From NCBI GenBank assembly GCA_020850015.1, contig JADZFF010000181.1, positions 4,939 to 68,938 on the forward strand: a DNA stretch of 64,000 nucleotides, given 5' to 3'. The stretch is from Bdellovibrionales bacterium. GTDB taxonomy: Bacteria; Bdellovibrionota; UBA1018; JADZFF01. The translations under genes and the position numbers were made by a program. Position 1 is the stretch's first letter; each line of letters begins with the position of its first letter. The notes beneath the pieces are model-generated. The model saw nothing but the letters and a program-made list of their open reading frames with translations. It had not been told where the DNA came from and made no database searches. Below are positions 35,392 through 44,436 of this stretch, piece by piece.

Positions 35392-36252
35392 ATGAAAGTC
35401 AAAACCGTTCTGGTCACCGGCGCCTCCACGGGATTCGGCAGGCTCGCCGCCGAACTCCTCCTCCATCGCGGACATCGGGTGATCGCCGCTCTCCGGGGAG
35501 GCCAGGACCGCCTGGAAAAGGTTTTTCCGCGGGCGCAGCTCGACACCGGGCGCCTTCACGCCGTGGACCTCCACCTCGAGCGCCCCGAGACCTTCAAGGC
35601 GGCCGTGTCCGAGGTGATGCAGAAGTTCCAGGGCCGCCTCGACGTGCTGATCAACAACGCCGGGTACGGCGAGATGGGCCCCATGGAGATCGTCTCCGAG
35701 CAGGCGCTGCGAAGGCAGCTCGAAGTCAACTTCTTCGGTACCGTCCTCCTCACGCAGAAGCTGCTCCCCGCGATCCGTCAGGCTCAGGGGCGCGTGCTCA
35801 ACGTCAGCAGCGTGGTGGGGTTCATCTCTCTGCCCTTCTACGGCGCCTACGCCGCCAGCAAGTTCGCGCTCGAGGGCTACAGCGAGGCCCTCTGGTTTGA
35901 CCTTCGTCCCTTCCGCGTGCAGGTGGGGCTCGTCGAACCCGGCGGTTTCCGTACGGAGTTCTCCGGGCGGGTGGTGAAGGACGGCCTGCCCGAGCAGGAT
36001 CCCACGGGGCTCTACGCCCGGAGGATCGAGCGTTTCCGCGTGAACCTGAAAAAAAAGGAGGCGAAGCTCGGCGCAGATCCGATGACCGTCGCCAAAGCGC
36101 TGGTGAAGCTCAGTGAGAAACGCTCGATTCCCCTGAGGACGCTCTGCGGGAAAGACGCCAGGCTCGCCTACTGGAGCAAGCGCCTGTTTCCAGAGTGGAT
36201 CTATCTCAGGATCACGAACTGGATCATGCGAAAGGGATTTTTCGAGGAATAG
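35392..36252 (+). CDS. short-chain dehydrogenase/reductase
   Basis: VLVTGASTGFGRLAA (TGxxxGxG), NNAG and YAASKFALEG (YxxxK). Confidence 0.85.
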   Translation: MKVKTVLVTGASTGFGRLAAELLLHRGHRVIAALRGGQDRLEKVFPRAQLDTGRLHAVDLHLERPETFKAAVSEVMQKFQGRLDVLINNAGYGEMGPMEIVSEQALRRQLEVNFFGTVLLTQKLLPAIRQAQGRVLNVSSVVGFISLPFYGAYAASKFALEGYSEALWFDLRPFRVQVGLVEPGGFRTEFSGRVVKDGLPEQDPTGLYARRIERFRVNLKKKEAKLGADPMTVAKALVKLSEKRSIPLRTLCGKDARLAYWSKRLFPEWIYLRITNWIMRKGFFEE

Positions 36253-36260
36253 TCCCGCTC

Positions 36261-37259
36261 TCAAGGGGGCGTAGCGGCGTCTCCCGAGGAATAGCGCGTC
36301 TGCGCGTCCTCGAATGCGTCGGCCACCACCTTCTTCATGATCCGCTTCAGGACATCCGCCATGTCCATGGCGGCCATCAGCGTCCGCGCATCCGACTGCT
36401 CCAGCCGCTCGGTCAGGAGCCGCGTGGAATCGGAGATGCCGCCGGTCCGGTCGGGCGTAAGGATCTGGTCGTTCATGAAGGACTCGGCCTCGCCCAGGAG
36501 CTCCATCTGCCTTCCCTCAGTGCGCAACCTGGCGGAGATTCTCCGGAGCTCCTCGAAATGGGCGTGAACAAGGCCTTCGCTCCTTGCCACCAGCTCGGTG
36601 AGAGTCGCCTCGTCGAGCTCCGAGCCCTGCGCCTGCCCTTCCTGCCCGGGATCGATCGAGGAGAAATGCGGCACAAGAAGCTCGATCCAAAGCGCCCGGC
36701 GCAGCGGGGCGTCCGGCTGGTCGAATCGCACCATGCGCTCCAGGCGCCCGGGCCGCACAAATTGGCTCTTGGGCAGGCGCGCCGCGTGCCGGGTGGTTCC
36801 GATCCATACGAACCCCTCGGCTCTCTCGATCGCGAAATCGAAGATCGAGAAAAACTCCTCCGGCTCCATGCGCTCGTACATCTGATCGATGTTCTCAAGC
36901 GCGATCACGCGTCCGGACTCCTCGGCCGCGTCGGCCATCGCCCGCTGGAAGAAGTGCGCGTCCAGGATCTGGTGGGCGGGGATGGTGAGATGAGGCCAAC
37001 CCAGCTTCCGGGCGATGTAGCGCGAGCCCGCGGATTTTCCGGTGCCCGATGGCCCGTAGAAGCAGGCGCTCGACGTCCATGGAATCCGGAGCGCGCGGGC
37101 CTGATCCCTCCCCGCGGAAAACATCGACGCCAGCCGATCCAGCTCGGCCCTCAGGCCCGCGGATAGAACGAGCCTCTCGGGAACCTCGTGGTCCGTCCAA
37201 GGAAATTGCACCCAACCGCCTCGGGTCCAGACCTGAAGCTTGGATTCCTGTTTCGCCAC
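36261..37259 (-). CDS. classical-clade AAA ATPase with atypical Walker B
   Basis: Walker A FYGPSGTGKS. The Walker B position reads VIALENID, where hhhhDE is expected. Second region of homology IGTTRHAARLPKSQFVRPGRLERMVRFDQPD. C-terminal helical tail. Confidence 0.75.
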   Translation of the reverse strand: MAKQESKLQVWTRGGWVQFPWTDHEVPERLVLSAGLRAELDRLASMFSAGRDQARALRIPWTSSACFYGPSGTGKSAGSRYIARKLGWPHLTIPAHQILDAHFFQRAMADAAEESGRVIALENIDQMYERMEPEEFFSIFDFAIERAEGFVWIGTTRHAARLPKSQFVRPGRLERMVRFDQPDAPLRRALWIELLVPHFSSIDPGQEGQAQGSELDEATLTELVARSEGLVHAHFEELRRISARLRTEGRQMELLGEAESFMNDQILTPDRTGGISDSTRLLTERLEQSDARTLMAAMDMADVLKRIMKKVVADAFEDAQTRYSSGDAATPP

Positions 37260-37949
37260 TCACTGTCCCCTTTCGCCGAACAGCAACGTGCCCACGCGCA
37301 CGTGGGTCGCGCCGTGCTCGACCGCGACCTCGAAATCCTGGCTCATCCCCATCGAGAGCTTGCCCTGGGTCAAAGGCCCAAGCCCATTCGACAGCTCCCT
37401 CATGCGTGCGAAGGCTTCCTTCGAGGAACCGGTTCCCTGGGCCGGAATCGTCATGAGCCCCTCGAGCCGGATCCCATTTACTGACGCCAATTCTCTTGCA
37501 ACCGCGGGCACCATGGACGGATCCATTCCCGACTTGGACGGCTCGCGGTCGATGTTGACCTGGAGAAAAACCGGAAGCGGCTCCGCGTGGCCTGATTCCG
37601 CCCAACGCTTCGCGAGCACGCCTCCCGTTTTCGCGGAGTCGACGCTTTGCACGACGGAAGCCCGCTCCAGCAGCAGCTTCGCCTTGTTGGTCTGGAGGTG
37701 GCCGATGAAATGCCAACGGATCCCCGGGCACCCCCTCGATTCGAGTTCCTCGGCCTTTTTCACCAGATCCTGAACGTAGTTTTCGCCGAAATCCCGATGG
37801 CCGAAGCGGTAAAGGGCAACAACGGCCTCCACGGGCTGGTACTTGCTGACGGCCACCAAGGTCACGGGCGGGCCCTTCGCGCGCGCGCGCGCGTTCTCGA
37901 TGCGGCCCAGGATCTCCCGGTACCGCGCTTCGATCCTTCCCTCTACCAT
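37260..37949 (-). CDS. yggS: YggS-family pyridoxal-phosphate homeostasis protein
   Basis: VTLVAVSKYQPVEAV, HFIGHLQTNK and LSMGMS are typical YggS motifs. Confidence 0.85.
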   Translation of the reverse strand: MVEGRIEARYREILGRIENARARAKGPPVTLVAVSKYQPVEAVVALYRFGHRDFGENYVQDLVKKAEELESRGCPGIRWHFIGHLQTNKAKLLLERASVVQSVDSAKTGGVLAKRWAESGHAEPLPVFLQVNIDREPSKSGMDPSMVPAVARELASVNGIRLEGLMTIPAQGTGSSKEAFARMRELSNGLGPLTQGKLSMGMSQDFEVAVEHGATHVRVGTLLFGERGQ

Positions 37950-38545
37950 CGGCGCAGATCCTTAAGAACCTCATGAACCGGAAGGCCTACGACGTTGGTG
38001 TAGCTTCCGGAAATCGACTGGATGAGGGTCATTCCCACGCCCTGAGCGGCGTAGGAGCCGGCCTTGTCCATGGACTCGCCGGCCAGCAGATAACGGGTGA
38101 TCCCGTCGGCGTCCATGGGGCTCATCGTAACACGCGTGCAGACCACGCGGACCACGGTCAAACTCTTTCCAGGCCGCGCGCGATCGGAGCCAATGAGGCA
38201 ATATCCGGTGTAGACGCGATGAGTCCTGCCCGCGATGAGCTTGAGCATGCGCCGCGCGTCGGGCTCGTCCACGGGTTTTCCGAGCACGCGTTTGCCCGAG
38301 GGGTCGACGACGATCGTATCCGCCGCGAGCACGACCCTCCCGGGCTCCGGCGCCTGGCCCGCGAGCGCGGCGAGCGCCTTCGCGCGGGCCAGGCGCCGCA
38401 CCAGGGCCGTGGGTTTCTCTCCGCGGCGGGGCGTCTCGTCCACGTCTGGGGAGGCGGTCACGAAGCTGACGCCCGCGCGCTCGAGCAGCTCGCGCCTCCG
38501 GGGGGAGGTGGATGCCAAAAGGACCTTGGGCAGCCCGCGCGCCAT
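37943..38545 (-). CDS. maf: Maf-family nucleoside triphosphate pyrophosphatase
   Basis: VLLASTSPRRRELLERAGV, ADTIV and AGSYAAQG are Maf motifs. Confidence 0.85.
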   Translation of the reverse strand: MARGLPKVLLASTSPRRRELLERAGVSFVTASPDVDETPRRGEKPTALVRRLARAKALAALAGQAPEPGRVVLAADTIVVDPSGKRVLGKPVDEPDARRMLKLIAGRTHRVYTGYCLIGSDRARPGKSLTVVRVVCTRVTMSPMDADGITRYLLAGESMDKAGSYAAQGVGMTLIQSISGSYTNVVGLPVHEVLKDLRRW

Positions 38546-39519
38546 CAGAAGTAGAACTGCGTGGAAACGAAGCGGAACTGGTCCTTGAAGTCCCGGAAGC
38601 TGTCAGTCCGCCGGAAAAACACGATCGCCTCGGTCATCGTGTTGGACTCGCTGATGAAGAAGAAGCTGCCCCCCGACCGGAAGACGGTGGCGAGGCCCAG
38701 GCCCGCGCCGGCCACGGTGGTTTTCACCTTGTACTCCTCCTCGGTGTAGAGCTTGCTGATGTGGTTCATCAGCTTGGCCTTGTCCAGGCTGCCGTAGTGA
38801 TCGATCGCGCTCACCGCCACGTAGTCGCCGTCGAAGGCCACGCTCATGCCCACCGCGTCCCGGCCGGAGAGCTTGCGCACGGTGGCCCGCGACTCCGAGG
38901 CATGACGCTGCTTCCCGAGCTCGTCCATCGGAGCGTCGAACATCGCGTTCATCAGAAGCTCATCCACCGCGTTGGCCACGATCGAGGCCATTCGCGCCTT
39001 GAACTTCGCCGCGAGCAGGTAATTCTTCACGGCCTCGACAGCCTCCTGCTTCTGCCCGGTATTGTCGAAATTGACGGTCTGGACCTTCACCTTCGTCCCG
39101 AAGATGTTCTGCAGCCCGAAGGCCCGTTCCTGAGTCGTCGCCTTCACGAGACGGCCGTAATGCTGCCCGGCCTGTTTGGTGTTCGCGAAATTCCTGAAGA
39201 CAAAATGCCCGAAAATCGGGCTCTTGAGCAGGAACTGAACGCGGCTCAGGTCCTCCGAGCTGATGTAATGGAGGTAGTTGGCGTTCAGCTGGTCGGAGAA
39301 CAGGCCCACCGTCTCCTGAACCGCGTCCTCGAACTCCTGGTATTGCTGCTGGGAGGACGCATCCACCAGCACTGCCAGTAGCTTCTCCTGCGCCAGGATC
39401 TTGGCGCCTTCCCTGGGATCTGCGGCCGTGACGAGAGACAAACCTGCGGCGATCGCCACCTCGGCGGCGAACTCCTGGTCGTCGGGACGCTGCGAGATGA
39501 GAAGAAGCGACTTGCCCAA
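38545..39519 (-). CDS. receiver-like N-terminus plus HATPase-like (RsbW/SpoIIAB-type) C-terminus, tentative partner-switching kinase
   Basis: N-terminus KSLLLISQRPDD..LLAVLVDA is receiver-like but lacks an obvious phospho-Asp context. The C-terminus has ANAVDELLMNAMFDAP (N-box-like), IDHYGSL (G1-like) and GAGLGLATVF (G2-like). The assignment comes from motif reading only. Confidence 0.5.
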   Translation of the reverse strand: MGKSLLLISQRPDDQEFAAEVAIAAGLSLVTAADPREGAKILAQEKLLAVLVDASSQQQYQEFEDAVQETVGLFSDQLNANYLHYISSEDLSRVQFLLKSPIFGHFVFRNFANTKQAGQHYGRLVKATTQERAFGLQNIFGTKVKVQTVNFDNTGQKQEAVEAVKNYLLAAKFKARMASIVANAVDELLMNAMFDAPMDELGKQRHASESRATVRKLSGRDAVGMSVAFDGDYVAVSAIDHYGSLDKAKLMNHISKLYTEEEYKVKTTVAGAGLGLATVFRSGGSFFFISESNTMTEAIVFFRRTDSFRDFKDQFRFVSTQFYF

Positions 39520-39527
39520 AGCCCCGC

Positions 39528-39992
39528 TCAGTTCATCAGAAAGTTGAAATACTCCTCGGGAATGTCATCGAACACCGCCTGACCGCCGCACTTCGAGCAC
39601 TTCAGCGTGGGTAGCTCGAATTTCAGCTGTTTGAGCGCGCTCACCTGGAACATCCCGATCAGCTCGCTCTTGCATCCCTCGCACATGAATGGAACGAAGA
39701 TCGACACCACCTCGCCGCCGCAGGTGAAATTCGAGATCAGATTGATCTGCTCCACGATGGCCGTGGAGCACTCCACGAACTTGAGCGTCACTCCCTTGGC
39801 CGCCACCGCCTGGAAGTAGCGGATCCAGGACTTCACGCCCACCGAGTTGATTCGCGGCACCCCGCGGCAGTTGACGTGGAGCTCCTTCGGAGTCTCCCCG
39901 ATGAGCTGGTTGAAATCGACGCTCTCCTCGATGGAGCCGTTGAGTTTCACCACCAACACCGCGCCATTTTGCTCTTTCGTGACGTTTAACAC
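39528..39992 (-). CDS. STAS-domain (anti-sigma antagonist-like) protein with C-terminal CxxC...CxxC zinc-ribbon
   Basis: AVLVVKLNGSI...VPRINSVGVKSW resembles STAS with the phosphorylatable Ser context. The C-terminus has CEGCKSE...CSKCGG. Confidence 0.6.
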   Translation of the reverse strand: MLNVTKEQNGAVLVVKLNGSIEESVDFNQLIGETPKELHVNCRGVPRINSVGVKSWIRYFQAVAAKGVTLKFVECSTAIVEQINLISNFTCGGEVVSIFVPFMCEGCKSELIGMFQVSALKQLKFELPTLKCSKCGGQAVFDDIPEEYFNFLMN

Positions 39993-40049
39993 CGAATCAC
40001 CACCTCACAACCCGTTGAATATCAATAAGATGTTAGTGACAATAGAGGG

Positions 40050-41927
40050 GTGGAGCAAGCTCAAATTCGAGTCCGCCTGCCCGTGGGCACGAAGCTGCTG
40101 GCCGCGATCCTGCTGCTCTTGATCACGGTTATCGGCTTCCTGGACGTCTCCACCATCTTGATCCTCGCTGAAGACAAGCGCGCCTACACCTACCAGGCGC
40201 AGGCCAACGAAACCCTGCTCGCGGGTCGGGAATTCACGAGCCTCGTCAAACGATCCCTGGATACGCTCAGGCTTTCACTGAGCAATGTCGATCCCGGCAA
40301 GGCCATCAGCCCCCAAGAAAGAGCCCGGCTCAGCGAGATCCTCGACAACCAATCGGAGATCCTCTCGCTTTCCATGAACCTTCTGAATCCGGCGAACGGC
40401 GACGCGACGCCACTCGTCAGGATCGTTCAGGAAGAGCTGGCCAAGGCAGAAAACCTCAATCCCGCAAGCCTCACGATCGAGCGCGACTGGGTGAAGGCGG
40501 TGCTTCCCGAGGTGGTGACCAAGGGATTCGCGCTCGCGAACGTATCGCGGCTGGGCTCTCCGCCCCTCGTGGCGCTCCTCCTGGGCGACGTGAAGCTCAA
40601 GGACTTCCCTGCCGGCATGCCCGTCGCGATCGGCATCATGTCGCTACAGGACTTCGCCACCGCGCTGGGAGGCTCCGATCTCACCATCGCGTCGCCCGAG
40701 GGCTGGACCCTTTTTTCGACGGACGGCGAGGCGCTCTACACCCGCCGCAACGTCTCCGACGATCCCCTGTTCCGAAAGGCCAAAGGAAGCGCCGTCACGC
40801 GAGGATCGCAGGAGTATGAGCACGGCGGTACGCGGCTCCTCGGCAGCTACTACAACCTGAACTACGGCGCGGTCGTGCTCACGCGCACCACCTGGCAGAA
40901 GGCGATGCAGGCCACGGCCGCGCTCACGGAGCAGTTCGCCCTGCTTGGCGGGATGGCCGTGGGGCTCGCCATCATGTTCGCTCTGGTGTTCGCGAAATCC
41001 ATCAGCGCACCCCTCGCGCGCCTCTATGAGGCGACGAAAAAGGTCGCCTCGGGCGATTTCCACCTAGTGCTTCCGGTGATCGGACGAGACGAGTTCGCCG
41101 CCCTCTCCGGATCCTTCAACTCGATGGCCGCGAGGATCCAAAGCCTCATCGAGGAAACCGCCGAGAACGCCAGGATCGAAGGCGAGCTCGCGATCGCCTC
41201 CACTGTTCAGCAGACACTCATCCCGCCGCCGAAGTTCGACCACCCGAAGATCTACATCCGCTCGCATTATCAGAGCGCCTCGGAGTGCGGCGGGGACTGG
41301 TGGGGGTCTTTCGGCGTGGGAGACAAAATCGCCCTCATGATCGCCGACGCCACCGGCCACGGCATCCCGAGCGCGCTCATCACGGCCTCCGCTCGGAGCT
41401 GCTTCAGCGTGATGCACAAGCTCGCCCAGGAGGACAAGACCTTCCACTTCTCGCCGGGCGAGATGCTGAGCTTCGCGAACCGAGTGATCTACGACGCCTC
41501 GGGCGGGAAGATCATGATGACCTTTTGGATCGGGGTTATCGACTTCCAGGCGATGACGCTCACGTACGCAAACGCGGGCCACAACCCGCCCTGGCTCTTC
41601 ACGAGGCAGGGCGGCGCCTACAAGATGTCGAGCCTCGTCTCGAAGGGACAGCGCGCGGGCGAGACCCAGAACGCGCCCGCGTTCGCGGAGAAGTCAGTCA
41701 AGCTGAGCCCCGGGGACGTGCTTTTCCTCTACACGGACGGCCTGCTCGAGGGGACGAACTCGGCTGGCGCGCAGTTCGGGAAGAAGCGCACGCGGCAGCT
41801 TGTCGAGAAGCTCGTGGGCACCGGGCCCGACGCGATCGTCGACGGGCTCATGAAAGACTTCATCCCCTACAACGGCGACAAACCCTTCGACGACGACGTC
41901 ACGCTGGCCGTCGCCAAGGTGAAGTGA
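40050..41927 (+). CDS. membrane sensor with HAMP and PP2C (SpoIIE/RsbU-type) phosphatase domains
   Basis: TM1, an extracytoplasmic domain, TM2, a HAMP region (PLARLYEATKKVASGDFHLVLP..DEFAALSGSFNSMA), then GGDWW, ADATGHG, YANAGHNPP, LYTDGL and DDVTL PP2C motifs. GTG start. Confidence 0.8.
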   Translation: MEQAQIRVRLPVGTKLLAAILLLLITVIGFLDVSTILILAEDKRAYTYQAQANETLLAGREFTSLVKRSLDTLRLSLSNVDPGKAISPQERARLSEILDNQSEILSLSMNLLNPANGDATPLVRIVQEELAKAENLNPASLTIERDWVKAVLPEVVTKGFALANVSRLGSPPLVALLLGDVKLKDFPAGMPVAIGIMSLQDFATALGGSDLTIASPEGWTLFSTDGEALYTRRNVSDDPLFRKAKGSAVTRGSQEYEHGGTRLLGSYYNLNYGAVVLTRTTWQKAMQATAALTEQFALLGGMAVGLAIMFALVFAKSISAPLARLYEATKKVASGDFHLVLPVIGRDEFAALSGSFNSMAARIQSLIEETAENARIEGELAIASTVQQTLIPPPKFDHPKIYIRSHYQSASECGGDWWGSFGVGDKIALMIADATGHGIPSALITASARSCFSVMHKLAQEDKTFHFSPGEMLSFANRVIYDASGGKIMMTFWIGVIDFQAMTLTYANAGHNPPWLFTRQGGAYKMSSLVSKGQRAGETQNAPAFAEKSVKLSPGDVLFLYTDGLLEGTNSAGAQFGKKRTRQLVEKLVGTGPDAIVDGLMKDFIPYNGDKPFDDDVTLAVAKVK

Positions 41928-41939
41928 GCGGCGGACGCG

Positions 41940-43577
41940 ATGACGGACACGCCGCAGCGAGACCCGGGCAGATATAAACTCTGGGAAAAGATCCTTCTCT
42001 CCGCCGCGTTTCTGCTGTTTTCGGGATCTACCTTCGTCTACCTCTCCGGCATTCCCCTGCGAATCCACCTGTTCGGCTGGGAAGAGGAGTTGAAGGAGCT
42101 CGAAGGCGTGGGCTTCCTGGAGTTCTCCCTCGGCGACATCAAGCGCAAGAAATTCACCAGCCCGCTCTTCGAGCGCATCCGCCAGCAGGACCGCCTCTAC
42201 AACTTCGACACGATCGTGACCGGGCCGGACGGCGGCGCTACTCTGACCCTCGACGACGGCAGCAACATCGATCTGGGTCCCAACACGATGATTCGGCTCG
42301 AGTTCGCCTCGCGGCTCACCCTGGGCGGGGTAAGCCGCGGCGCCCAGGTGAGCGTGGTCGCCGGCCAGGTCACCGGAAAACTCAACCCGGTTTCCGGACG
42401 CGACCTCCTCATCAAGTCGAACACGGACCTCGTGCGGCTCAGCAAGGGGACGGGCCTGACGAGCTCCATCAAGGTCGCCGCCCCGGGTCTGAAGCCCATG
42501 CGTCCATCGGACCGGAACGACGTCATGGACGAGGCGGCCCGGCTCGCCGCCATGTCCGAGGATGAGCGCAAGGTGTTCATGCGCCTTCAGCAGATGAAAG
42601 ACGAGAAAGACAAGCTCGTCCGGCTGCGGCAGGACAAATACGGCGTCCGGCTCGTCTCACCCGCACAGGACGACGTGCTGGCGCTCCCGGACGGCACCAA
42701 GGAGCTGGTCCGCCGCACCCGCTTCGAGTGGGAGGTGAACCCTCCGGATGCGGAGGTGCGCTTCACGCGTCGCCGGCTCTCCGAGCTGGCCGAGAAGGGC
42801 ACCTTCATGGAGCTGCTCACGCGAGTCGTGCCCGGCGAGGGCGGAAAGGGTTTCATCGACATCGACCTCGAGCTGCCAGGCCGGTACGAGTGGGAGCTCG
42901 CGGGCGTCGAGGAGAGGATCGAAACCGAGCGGCGCCTTTGGAACCGTTTCACCGTCGATCCCACCTTCCGCGGCATCGACGTCGGCGAGCCCCTTATCGG
43001 CGGCGCCCCGGCCAGATCCAACGAATACGCGGGCGCGAGCATCGCGGACTTCGACATCACACTGGTCTGGGACCCCTTCCCGCGCGCCACCTACTACCAG
43101 GTGGACGTGTACAAGGATCCGACGACTCGGGTGCCTGTCCTCGAGAGGCGCGTGGCGGAGACGAAGTACGCCATCAACAAGGACAAGGTTTTTTCAGGCC
43201 GCATCTACTACCGCGTGAGCACCGAGCTTCGGAACGGGTTCGTGGCAACCTCCGGGATGGTCACCTTCCGTTTCGATTTCCTTCCGCCGGTGGCCATGAT
43301 CCCGAAGGAAAACGCGCGGATCACCCAGAAGGACATCGCCGCCGAGGGCGGCAAGATCCTCTTCACCTGGCAGAAAACGAACTACACCGAGGCCTATGAG
43401 CTCCAGGTGGCGACGGACCCCGCCTTCGCCAACACGATCGCGCGCCAGAAGACCGAGGAGAACTTCGCCCTGATGAAGTCGCCCCCCCCGGGCACCTATT
43501 ACTGGCGGCTCCGCAGCCTCGGAAAAGGGGCCTCGAGCCCCCCCGGCCCCTGGCGCCCGTTCATGGTGACGCCGTAA
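41940..43577 (+). CDS. membrane-anchored FecR-like / Ig-fold repeat protein
   Basis: N-terminal TM. A FecR-like beta segment (TIVTGPDGGATLTLDDGSNIDLGPNTMIRLEF), a coiled coil, then three Fn3/Ig-like modules (for example LFTWQKTNYTEAYELQVATDPAF). Starts 12 nt after the phosphatase gene. Confidence 0.5.
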   Translation: MTDTPQRDPGRYKLWEKILLSAAFLLFSGSTFVYLSGIPLRIHLFGWEEELKELEGVGFLEFSLGDIKRKKFTSPLFERIRQQDRLYNFDTIVTGPDGGATLTLDDGSNIDLGPNTMIRLEFASRLTLGGVSRGAQVSVVAGQVTGKLNPVSGRDLLIKSNTDLVRLSKGTGLTSSIKVAAPGLKPMRPSDRNDVMDEAARLAAMSEDERKVFMRLQQMKDEKDKLVRLRQDKYGVRLVSPAQDDVLALPDGTKELVRRTRFEWEVNPPDAEVRFTRRRLSELAEKGTFMELLTRVVPGEGGKGFIDIDLELPGRYEWELAGVEERIETERRLWNRFTVDPTFRGIDVGEPLIGGAPARSNEYAGASIADFDITLVWDPFPRATYYQVDVYKDPTTRVPVLERRVAETKYAINKDKVFSGRIYYRVSTELRNGFVATSGMVTFRFDFLPPVAMIPKENARITQKDIAAEGGKILFTWQKTNYTEAYELQVATDPAFANTIARQKTEENFALMKSPPPGTYYWRLRSLGKGASSPPGPWRPFMVTP

Positions 43578-43603
43578 CCCAGGTACGATATGGGTTTTCA
43601 AGC

Positions 43604-44347
43604 ATGTCTGAAATCCAGGTGAAGCCGACGGAAAAGAAGAAGCCCATCGAGTACCAGTGCGAGGTGATCTCCAACAAGCACCTCACCCCCACGGTCTTCG
43701 AGCTCAAATTTCGCCCTCACGAGGCCTTCGATTTCAAGGCCGGGCAATTCATCAGCGTGATCGTGCCAGGCGCCGGGCCCGGCGGACGAAACCTGCGCCG
43801 CGCCTACTCCATCGCCTCTGAGCCTGGCCGCGACCCTATCGAGCTCTGCGTGAAGCTGGTGGAAGGCGGTCCGGGCACCAACTACCTTCACCGGCTGCAG
43901 CCCGGCCAGAAGTTCGCAGGCGTCGCCCCCTACGGCGACTTCCTGTACGTCACGCCTTCGAAGCGCTACGCGGCTTTCATCTCCACGGGAACCGGTATCG
44001 CGCCATTCAGGTCGATGATGCTTTCGCGGGATTTCCGCGAAGCTCCTCCGAAAGGGGTCTTCAGCATCTTCGGGGTGCGCGACCAGAGCGAGATCCTCTA
44101 CGAGGACGAGTTCCGCGATTACCCCGGCCTCCGATGGACCACCTGCCTGAGTCGGCCCGCCCCGGGATGGAGCGGTTTCACCGGCAGGGTGACGCATTCC
44201 CTGGAACAGGCCGGAGAGGCCTTTCCCTGGTTGGAAACCGACTTCTACCTCTGTGGAAACGGCGACATGATCAAGGAGATCAAGGCCCTGCTCCTGGAGC
44301 GCCGGGGCGTGTCCAAAGAGGCGGTACACGTGGAAAAATACTACTGA
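43604..44347 (+). CDS. ferredoxin-NADP reductase-type FAD/NAD(P)-binding oxidoreductase
   Basis: RAYSIAS FAD motif, GTGIAPF NAD(P) motif and C-terminal LCGNGDM...VEKYY. Confidence 0.8.
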   Translation: MSEIQVKPTEKKKPIEYQCEVISNKHLTPTVFELKFRPHEAFDFKAGQFISVIVPGAGPGGRNLRRAYSIASEPGRDPIELCVKLVEGGPGTNYLHRLQPGQKFAGVAPYGDFLYVTPSKRYAAFISTGTGIAPFRSMMLSRDFREAPPKGVFSIFGVRDQSEILYEDEFRDYPGLRWTTCLSRPAPGWSGFTGRVTHSLEQAGEAFPWLETDFYLCGNGDMIKEIKALLLERRGVSKEAVHVEKYY

Positions 44348-44436
44348 TTCCAACTCATTGACGCCAATAGAACGAATAACGCTAAGCATTAAGTCCAAGC
44401 TTTACAGTCAGCCGTCTCCTCCCATACAGGTCGGGC

